Assembly (NCBI GenBank): GCA_945859975.1
Contig: CAMAPH010000058.1
Span: 1-13,657 of the forward strand
Direction: 5' to 3'
Source: Chthonomonas calidirosea
GTDB taxonomy: Bacteria > Armatimonadota > Fimbriimonadia > Fimbriimonadales > Fimbriimonadaceae
DNA: 13,657 nt
Shown: one piece after another, positions 8,410 through 13,657 of the stretch
Numbering within the stretch: the first letter of the stretch is position 1
Layout of the letters: each line of letters opens with the position of its first letter
Translations under genes and position numbers: made by a program
Notes under the pieces: generated by a model
Told to the model about the DNA's origin: nothing
Seen by the model: only the letters and a program-made list of their open reading frames with translations
Databases searched by the model: none

Positions 8410-9273
8410 ATGCGTTTTCAGGTGGCGTGTGCGCAGTTTGCACCCAAAAAGGCGGAGGTTTCGGCGAACCTCGATACGATCTCCGAGATCATTCTCCAAT
8501 GCCAGGACGAAAACGTTGACCTGGTGCTGTTCCCAGAAACGGCCACGAGCGGATACTTCCTTGAGGGTGGCGTCATCGAGGCGTCCCTCTCGGCCGAGGC
8601 CCTGGCCCGAGGGCTGCGAGAAAGGCTACAAGGCAAGCTGACCCGGCAAATCGACGTCGCGCTTGGCTTCTATGAGGCGGCGGAAGGGATTCTCTACAAC
8701 AGCGCCTGCTACCTTGAGATGACCAATTACGGAACCCGCCCGGTGGCGGTTTACCGAAAGTTCTTCTTGCCGACCTACGGCGTTTTTGATGAGGAACGCT
8801 TCGTCTCGCGAGGGCGTGACTTGTCGGTTTTTGAAACGCGATTTGGCAAAATGGCGATCCTCATTTGCGAGGACATTTGGCACTCGATCATGCCGACCCT
8901 TTGTGCGGTGAACGGCGCGCAGGTGATCTTGGTCCCGGCGGCGAGCCCGGCCCGAGGTTTCCGAGGCGAGCGGATTGAGAACCACGAGCGGTACGAGCGG
9001 CTCTTCCGAGGCGTGGCCGAAGAGCATTCGGTTTACGTCGTCAGCGCGCAACTTGTCGGGTTCGAGGGCGGGAAAGGATTCATAGGTGGCTCGATGGTCA
9101 TTGGCCCGTTTGGCGAGACGATTGGTGCCGCGCCGGTGGCCGATCCGCACCTTTTGATCGCGGATTTGGACCTCGATCAGGTGACGATCGCTCGGGCACA
9201 ATCGCCATTGGTGAGCGATTTGCAGGGCGCGTGGGAAGATGTGCGCCGCTTAGTAACCCGCGCCGCTCAGTGA
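8410..9273 (+). CDS. Carbon-nitrogen hydrolase (nitrilase superfamily)
   Basis: Glu-Lys-Cys triad in LVLFPE, YRKFFLPTYGVFDEERF and LICEDIWH. Confidence 0.92.
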   Translation: MRFQVACAQFAPKKAEVSANLDTISEIILQCQDENVDLVLFPETATSGYFLEGGVIEASLSAEALARGLRERLQGKLTRQIDVALGFYEAAEGILYNSACYLEMTNYGTRPVAVYRKFFLPTYGVFDEERFVSRGRDLSVFETRFGKMAILICEDIWHSIMPTLCAVNGAQVILVPAASPARGFRGERIENHERYERLFRGVAEEHSVYVVSAQLVGFEGGKGFIGGSMVIGPFGETIGAAPVADPHLLIADLDLDQVTIARAQSPLVSDLQGAWEDVRRLVTRAAQ

Positions 9274-9309
9274 CTTGCCATCCGGATTTGAATCGGTTAT
9301 AGTAGACGC

Positions 9310-9702
9310 ATGTCTATAAGACTTGACATGATTGGGATCGTCGTTCATGACATCGAGCGATCCGTTGCTTTTTACCGAGCGTTGGGATTAGAGATTCCGG
9401 ACGGCGATGGCAGTCCGTACCACGAAGTGACCTTAGACGGCGGAGTTCGGCTGAGTTGGAACCACATCGACATGGTCAAGCAGATCGATCCTGATTGGAC
9501 GGCGCCGACCGGATACCGAATGGGTCTGGCGTTCTTGTGCGATTCGGTTGCCGATGTTGACGCGCGGTTTGCGAGCGTGATCGCGGCGGGCTTTGAAGCG
9601 CACAAGCAACCTTGGGACGCGTTTTGGGGTCAGCGGTACGCGCAGGTTTTGGATCCAGACGGGAACATCGTCGACCTGTTCGCGCCATTGCCAGCGGAGT
9701 AG
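9310..9702 (+). CDS. VOC (glyoxalase/bleomycin resistance) family protein
   Basis: IGIVVHDIERSVAFYRALG and PWDAFWGQRYAQVLDPDGNIVDLF. Confidence 0.92.
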   Translation: MSIRLDMIGIVVHDIERSVAFYRALGLEIPDGDGSPYHEVTLDGGVRLSWNHIDMVKQIDPDWTAPTGYRMGLAFLCDSVADVDARFASVIAAGFEAHKQPWDAFWGQRYAQVLDPDGNIVDLFAPLPAE

Positions 9703-9705
9703 GCG

Positions 9706-9746
9706 CAAAAAAGCCCGGCAAAGATTGATCCTTGCCGGGCTTTTGG
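9706..9746. terminator. Bidirectional intrinsic terminator
   Basis: AAAAAAGCCCGGCAA...TTGCCGGGCTTTT between the convergent VOC and rplA genes, with a T-tract on both strands. Confidence 0.88.
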
Positions 9747-9754
9747 ATTTCGAA

Positions 9755-10483
9755 TTAGGCGGCGAGCTTGCCGGCGAGGGTTGGGTCCATTGGGACGCCT
9801 GGGCCCATCGTGCTGCTCATCGTGAGCGTTCGGATGTAGCGACCCTTTGCGGACGAAGGCTTAGCCTTGATGAGCGCACCGAGGGCGGCCTTGAAGTTCT
9901 CAAGAAGCTGCTCGTCGGTGAAGTTCACCTTTCCTATGGCCATGTGGACAACGCCGGCTTTGTCGGCTCGGTATTCAACACGGGTAGCGGCTTTGATTTC
10001 GCGAACGGCGGCAGCGATGTTGTTCGTAACCGTTCCGTTTCGCTTGTTCGGCGTTCGGGGGCCGAGGATTCGTCCGACCTTACCGATCTGCGGAGCCATT
10101 TCTTCCGTTGCGAGAAGGACATCGAAGTCGCGGAATCCGCCCTGGATCTTAGCGATCAGGTCTTCGTCTCCAACGGTGTCGGCGCCTGCGTCTTCCGCAG
10201 CCTTGGCGAGGTCTCCCTTAGCGAGGACGGCAACCTTTCGGACCTTTCCGGTTCCGTGTGGCAAGTTGGTGATACCGCGCACGTTCTGGTCGCTCTTCTT
10301 CGGGTCAATTCCGAGGACGACGCTGATGTCGATGGTTTCGACGAACTTGGCGGTTGCGGTCTGCTTTACCAGGCCGAGGGCAGCGGTGAAATCGAGCTGC
10401 GTATCTTTGTCGACCTTTTCGGCGACGGCGAGGTAACGAGGCGAATGAGGGTTTGTGCGAATGTTCTGCTTTGCTTTTGGCAT
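9755..10483 (-). CDS. rplA: 50S ribosomal protein L1
   Basis: AKFVETIDISVVLGIDPKKSDQNVRG..LPHGTGK, GRILGPR, EYRADKAGVVH..IGK and KGRYI...SSTMGPG. Confidence 0.98.
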   Translation of the reverse strand: MPKAKQNIRTNPHSPRYLAVAEKVDKDTQLDFTAALGLVKQTATAKFVETIDISVVLGIDPKKSDQNVRGITNLPHGTGKVRKVAVLAKGDLAKAAEDAGADTVGDEDLIAKIQGGFRDFDVLLATEEMAPQIGKVGRILGPRTPNKRNGTVTNNIAAAVREIKAATRVEYRADKAGVVHMAIGKVNFTDEQLLENFKAALGALIKAKPSSAKGRYIRTLTMSSTMGPGVPMDPTLAGKLAA

Positions 10484-10487
10484 TCTA

Positions 10488-10529
10488 AAATCGGTTCCAA
10501 CGTCCTGCCTCTGGCAAGACTCCCGACCT
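10488..10529 (-). promoter_or_regulatory. Putative L1-binding autoregulatory mRNA leader (23S rRNA L1-site mimic)
   Basis: The minus strand reads AGGUCGG-GA-GUCUUGCC-AGA-GGCAGGAC-GUUGGAA-CCGAUUU: two helices around an asymmetric internal loop containing GGGAG, ending 4 nt before the ATG. Confidence 0.75.
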
Positions 10530-10540
10530 CCGAACCTGAA

Positions 10541-10546
10541 ATGATA
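10541..10546 (-). promoter_or_regulatory. Candidate -10 element for rplA
   Basis: TATCAT on the minus strand ~11 nt upstream of the leader hairpin. Confidence 0.4.
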
Positions 10547-10601
10547 CCTTCTCGCGTGGTGAACGGGGTTCTCTTGCCGGCACTCCTTCAGAAAAAGAAC
10601 G

Positions 10602-10629
10602 GTCTTTGACCCCTCGATGGTCGAAGACT
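10602..10629. repeat. Relic REP end: two inverted terminal segments fused into one hairpin
   Basis: GTCTTTGACCCCTC-GAT-GGTCGAAGACT. Both arms match the repeat terminus AGTCTTCGACCCC. Confidence 0.65.
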
Positions 10630-10701
10630 AGAAGTAACGATTCGATAGAAATGAGCGGTCGAGGCATCAGGGGCACTTCTGCGATTACCCATGGCGTGTC
10701 G

Positions 10702-10787
10702 AGTCTTCGAGCCCTCCGGGGTCGGTTCCGATGCGAGCGTTCCAGGCATTTTCAATGCCTGGCTACCTTCTTGATCCCTCCGGGATC
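10702..10787 (-). repeat. Tripartite GTAG REP-like repeat, copy 1 (subtype alpha)
   Basis: AGTCTTCGAGCCCTCCGGGGTCG-N17-CCAGGCATTTTCAATGCCTGG-CTAC-CTTCTTGATCCCTCCGGGATC. Strand is given by the GTAG reading. Confidence 0.92.
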
Positions 10788-10907
10788 TGCTGCCGATTCG
10801 GCTAGGTATTGAGAGCATTTTTGCACCACAACTTGAGAGCGAAGGTTGTTCAGAACAAATAGATGGTTTTAGCGTGCGGCATCCCAATGCCTTCAGTCGC
10901 AACAATA

Positions 10908-11002
10908 AGTCTTCGACCCCTCCGGGGTCGGCGGTCACACTGCCCTATCCAGGCATTTTCAATGCCTGACTACCATCTTTAATCCCTCCGGGATACTCGA
11001 AA
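10908..11002 (-). repeat. Tripartite GTAG REP-like repeat, copy 2 (subtype beta)
   Basis: AGTCTTCGACCCCTCCGGGGTCG-N18-CCAGGCATTTTCAATGCCTGA-CTAC-CATCTTTAATCCCTCCGGGAT-ACTCGAAA. Confidence 0.92.
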
Positions 11003-11114
11003 TTTGGGCCGGTAGTGCAGGATGCGCACCGGAAAGGAGGGCGGTCCAATGAACCCCCCCTCTGTTCAGTTCTCACTAACGAGAAAGCCGGACTTCTGTA
11101 CCACGAACGGATGC

Positions 11115-11212
11115 ACACCCTCTCCCCGATCCCGGAGGGATCAAGAAGGTAGCCAGGCATTGAAAATGCCTGGTAGAGCGATTTCGCTTTCGACCCAGAC
11201 GGGTCGAAGACT
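11115..11212 (+). repeat. Tripartite GTAG REP-like repeat, copy 3 (subtype alpha)
   Basis: ACACCCTCTCCCC-GATCCCGGAGGGATCAAGAAG-GTAG-CCAGGCATTGAAAATGCCTGG-N17-CGACCCAGACGGGTCG-AAGACT. Confidence 0.92.
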
Positions 11213-11238
11213 CCAGAATCAATTTGTAATTCAGCTTG

Positions 11239-11274
11239 AAGTTTGGCGTTCGTCCGGAACTGAACGCCAAACTT
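11239..11274. promoter_or_regulatory. Perfect 13-bp inverted repeat upstream of the transposase
   Basis: AAGTTTGGCGTTC-N10-GAACGCCAAACTT, ending 26 nt before ATG 11301. Function unknown. Confidence 0.55.
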
Positions 11275-11300
11275 TGCATACTTTTCACGGGTACTGCTTC

Positions 11301-11741
11301 ATGCCAACAACGCATTCGAGCCTTCACGTTCACGTCATCTTTGCAACGAAAAATAGGGCACCGCTGTTAACGCCTGAACTCATTGAAGATGTCCACGGCT
11401 ATATCGGCGGCACCTTAAGGTCTTTAGATTGCAAGCCAGTAGCGGTTGGTGGGGTTGAAGATCACGTTCATCTTTTGCTTGGCATGAAGCCGGTGCATCG
11501 TCTTGCTGATGTGATACGCGAAACGAAAAAGACCTCATCCATTTGGATGAATGAGCGAACTCGAGGCTTTGCTTGGCAGCAGGGCTACAGTGCGTTTGGT
11601 GTTAGTGCGCACGAAATTCCGATGATGGTCAGATACATCAGTCACCAACAAGAGCACCATCGGAAAAAGACGCTCGTTGAGGAGTTGTCGGATGTGTATC
11701 GATTGGCTGGCATTCCCTTTGAGCCTGGTGATTTCGAATGA
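11301..11741 (+). CDS. tnpA: Y1 HUH transposase (IS200/IS605 TnpA / REP-associated tyrosine transposase-like)
   Basis: HVIFATKNR, GGVEDHVHLL (HUH), KKTSSIW, FAWQQGYSAF and the catalytic YISHQ (YxxxQ) followed by EHH. 146 aa, intact, no tnpB downstream. Confidence 0.93.
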   Translation: MPTTHSSLHVHVIFATKNRAPLLTPELIEDVHGYIGGTLRSLDCKPVAVGGVEDHVHLLLGMKPVHRLADVIRETKKTSSIWMNERTRGFAWQQGYSAFGVSAHEIPMMVRYISHQQEHHRKKTLVEELSDVYRLAGIPFEPGDFE

Positions 11742-11768
11742 CACTTGAGATTCACGATGTCGGCTGTA

Positions 11769-11868
11769 AGTCTTCGACCCCTCCGGGGTCGGGAGCGACG
11801 GGACCTCATCCAGGCATTTTCAATGCCTGGCTACCTTCTTGATCCCTCCGGGATCGGGGAAAGGGTGT
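11769..11868 (-). repeat. Tripartite GTAG REP-like repeat, copy 4 (subtype alpha)
   Basis: AGTCTTCGACCCCTCCGGGGTCG-N18-CCAGGCATTTTCAATGCCTGG-CTAC-CTTCTTGATCCCTCCGGGATC-GGGGAAAGGGTGT. Inverted partner of copy 3. Confidence 0.92.
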
Positions 11869-12057
11869 TCGCCAATCGGGTTCGTTACGTTGAATCGGGA
11901 CTAGCGAACCATAACTTGTATCGGGCCACATTCGATTTCAGCGACTACTTGCTGAACCGTCGATGTGGCAGGCTTGCCAGAATTGGACATGGGCCCGACT
12001 AGTGCGCTCAGTTCATTCCGGTTCGAAAAGAAGATCGTTAATTTCTGCGTATTTCAA

Positions 12058-12103
12058 AGCTTGAAACCACATCCAAAGCCTGCTTTCGAGTAACCCGAAG
12101 CGG
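12058..12103 (+). repeat. Degenerate direct duplicate of the copy-5 flank and first hairpin
   Basis: GAAACCACATCCAAAGCCTGCTTTCGAGTAACCCGAAG (12063) vs GAAACTACATCCAAAGCCTACTTTTGAGTATCCCGAAG (12176); period 113 bp. Confidence 0.8.
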
Positions 12104-12196
12104 CTCAGGATGGGAGTTCACTTCCCGAGTCAAGGTCGCATTGAACTGGAACCTTAGCCGCAATGCATTCGAGCTGAAACTACATCCAAAGCCTAC

Positions 12197-12292
12197 TTTT
12201 GAGTATCCCGAAGGGATTAAAGAAGGTAGCCAGGCATTGAAAATGCCTGGAAGCGCTGCCGTTGCTCCGACCCCGGGAGGGGTCGAAGACTT
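12197..12292 (+). repeat. Tripartite GTAG REP-like repeat, copy 5 (subtype beta)
   Basis: TTTTGAGT-ATCCCGAAGGGATTAAAGAAG-GTAG-CCAGGCATTGAAAATGCCTGG-N17-CGACCCCGGGAGGGGTCG-AAGACT. Confidence 0.92.
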
Positions 12293-12348
12293 CTGGCCGC
12301 AGGCGGTAGAGAACTGGAACGCGGAGAAACTCTCGTCTAACAAAGACC

Positions 12349-12900
12349 CTACGCCTCCGGCTGGAAGGCTTCGTCGAGGGGAGCGGGGCTGATGTGGTCT
12401 AGGTAGTTGCTGATCGTTTTTAGGGCGACGCCGAGGAGGATTTCCATCAGGTTGGCCGGCGTGTAGCCGGCGGCGAGGAAGGAATCTCGGGTTTCCGTCG
12501 AGAGGTAGCCGCGTTCTCGGACGATTTCCCGCACGGTGTTGATCAGGGCCTGATGCTTTTCGTTTGGAACCGGTTCGCCAGCGCGGACAGCGTTCACGAT
12601 TGCCGGGTCGACCTTCATCATGCTCTTCAAGATCGTGCTGTGCGCCGCGGTGCAATAACCGCACTCGTTCTCAAGGCTCACGGCGAGCAGGATGACCTGT
12701 CGCTCGACCGGGGAGAAGCCGGATTGGTTGTAGGCTTCGTCGAGAGCCAAGTAGCCGGTGATGACCGAAGGTGAGTTGGCAAAAGTTGCGAACAAGTTCG
12801 GGATGAAGCCGAGGCCGCCTTTGACTGCTTTCAGGGAATCAAGGCTCTTCTCGGGAGCGGTTTCAAGAGTGAGTGGTTGAAATAGGGTGGTTGACTGCAT
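12349..12900 (-). CDS. Carboxymuconolactone decarboxylase / AhpD-like peroxidase-related protein
   Basis: GFIPNLFATFANSP and ERQVILLAVSLENECGYCTAAH (CxxCxxxH), TISNY. SD GAGG lies upstream of ATG 12900. Confidence 0.92.
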   Translation of the reverse strand: MQSTTLFQPLTLETAPEKSLDSLKAVKGGLGFIPNLFATFANSPSVITGYLALDEAYNQSGFSPVERQVILLAVSLENECGYCTAAHSTILKSMMKVDPAIVNAVRAGEPVPNEKHQALINTVREIVRERGYLSTETRDSFLAAGYTPANLMEILLGVALKTISNYLDHISPAPLDEAFQPEA

Positions 12901-12938
12901 CTTCGTTTTCCTCTTCCTGTCGAGTGACAACGATTACA

Positions 12939-12952
12939 GTACTGATCGGTAC
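12939..12952. promoter_or_regulatory. Palindromic operator, TetR-family-like
   Basis: GTACTGATCGGTAC, a 14-bp near-perfect palindrome 38 bp upstream of the CMD start codon. Confidence 0.6.
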
Positions 12953-12986
12953 AAATGAGTTCCCACTAATTTCAGGAAACCCAGAC

Positions 12987-13019
12987 AAAAAAGCGCCCGA
13001 CCCAAGTTGGGTCGGGCGC
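12987..13019 (-). terminator. Intrinsic terminator of the PEP-CTERM gene
   Basis: Minus strand GCGCCCGACCCA-ACT-TGGGTCGGGCGC-TTTTTT. Confidence 0.92.
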
Positions 13020-13033
13020 AGAGGCTGGAGAGC

Positions 13034-13657
13034 TTAGTTCGAGCGTCGTCGGCGGATGAACGCCGCGACTCCTGCGCCGAGGGCGAGGAAGGTGGCTGGC
13101 TCTGGTACTGGTGCGGATGGAAGGTTTCCGTTGAACTTGTACTGGTTGCCGAAGTGCAGCTCAGCCGAATTTCGGTTGACCCACGACTTTGCGATCATCG
13201 TTCCCTGGATGTTCTGGGACTGGTTGACCGTAGCGTTCACGGCGAGCATTGAACCGTCGAAGTTGCGGTTCGCAACGGTGATGTTCGTGGCGTCGACGAA
13301 GTTCCAAACAAGCTTGTTCTTGTTTGCGTAGTTGACCTGCCAACCCCAGTTGACCGTGGTTCCGGTGACGTTGATGACCACGGTCTCGTTGCCGTTTCCA
13401 CCGCTGAGGTTCAGCGTGCTGAGGCTGCTGAGCTGGCTAGCGTTGACGTTGTAAACCTTCAGGTTTCCGTTGCCCGTGTTCGAGCTCAGGTTAACGTTGA
13501 TGTTGTTCGGATCGGAAATGTTGATTGCCTGACCGGTCAGCGACGCGAGGTAGCTGGACTGGTTGGTGCTGTAGTTGCGCTGCTGGTTGAAGATCGCCGC
13601 CGAAGCTCCGACCCCACCCGGGTTGAGCTGGCCGTTCTGGACGTCAAGGGTTCCCGT
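13034..13657 (-). CDS. PEP-CTERM sorting-domain surface protein, choice-of-anchor A-like (5'-truncated by the window)
   Basis: The frame is open to the window edge (TGTLDVQNGQLN...VYNVNASQL...TVVINVTG...LVWNFVDAT...GSMLA..A...IQGTMIA...ELH) and ends VPEPATFLALGAGVAAFIRRRRSN. Confidence 0.9.
   Translation of the reverse strand, partial: TGTLDVQNGQLNPGGVGASAAIFNQQRNYSTNQSSYLASLTGQAINISDPNNINVNLSSNTGNGNLKVYNVNASQLSSLSTLNLSGGNGNETVVINVTGTTVNWGWQVNYANKNKLVWNFVDATNITVANRNFDGSMLAVNATVNQSQNIQGTMIAKSWVNRNSAELHFGNQYKFNGNLPSAPVPEPATFLALGAGVAAFIRRRRSN

Larger units (their letters stand above)
10602..12292. mobile_element. REPtron-like locus: solo Y1 transposase with a surrounding REP cluster
   Basis: tnpA plus five full repeats and relics, located between rplA and the CMD gene. 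Confidence 0.8.

Noticed and set aside
9593..10609. 338-aa and 189-aa plus-strand ORFs
   Set aside because: Antisense shadows of rplA that cross a terminator or lack any motif.
10702..12292. CRISPR array interpretation of the repeats
   Set aside because: Units are ~85-100 bp, occur in both orientations and have irregular spacing. There are no cas genes, and GTAG-hairpin plus Y1 transposase fits REP biology better.
11742..12340. TnpB/IscB gene or omega-RNA downstream of tnpA
   Set aside because: No long ORF and no RuvC or zinc-finger motifs. The space is filled by repeats.
10588..12392. Family of small ORFs sharing EGSQALKMPG or MPGYLLDPSGIGERV (10588-10938, 10945-11160, 11745-12002, 12141-12392)
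   Set aside because: These shared peptides are simply translations of the DNA repeat. There is no independent coding signal.
868..12900. A single oxidative-stress island (osmC, AraC/NmrA, VOC, AhpD-like)
   Set aside because: The genes are scattered, in different orientations and interleaved with unrelated housekeeping genes. No shared regulatory motif was seen.

Overview
High-GC bacterial chromosomal window. Gene style (PEP-CTERM protein, many leaderless genes) tentatively suggests Armatimonadota/Fimbriimonadia, but this is inference only. Bases 1-10.5 kb hold mostly housekeeping and stress genes: osmC, adenosine deaminase, oligoendopeptidase F, an AraC/NmrA divergon, a carbon-nitrogen hydrolase, a VOC protein, two diverged paralogous 2TM membrane proteins and a stand-alone rplA with its own L1-binding leader RNA. 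The most unusual part is 10.6-12.3 kb. There a solo Y1 (HUH) transposase with no TnpB is surrounded by five ~85-100 bp tripartite GTAG-type palindromic repeats plus relics. Each repeat carries three hairpins and a fixed-length (17-18 nt) hypervariable insert. Two subtypes are arranged in mirror symmetry around the transposase, giving a REPtron/BIME-like system. The window ends with an AhpD/CMD gene preceded by a TetR-like operator and a partial choice-of-anchor-A PEP-CTERM gene.
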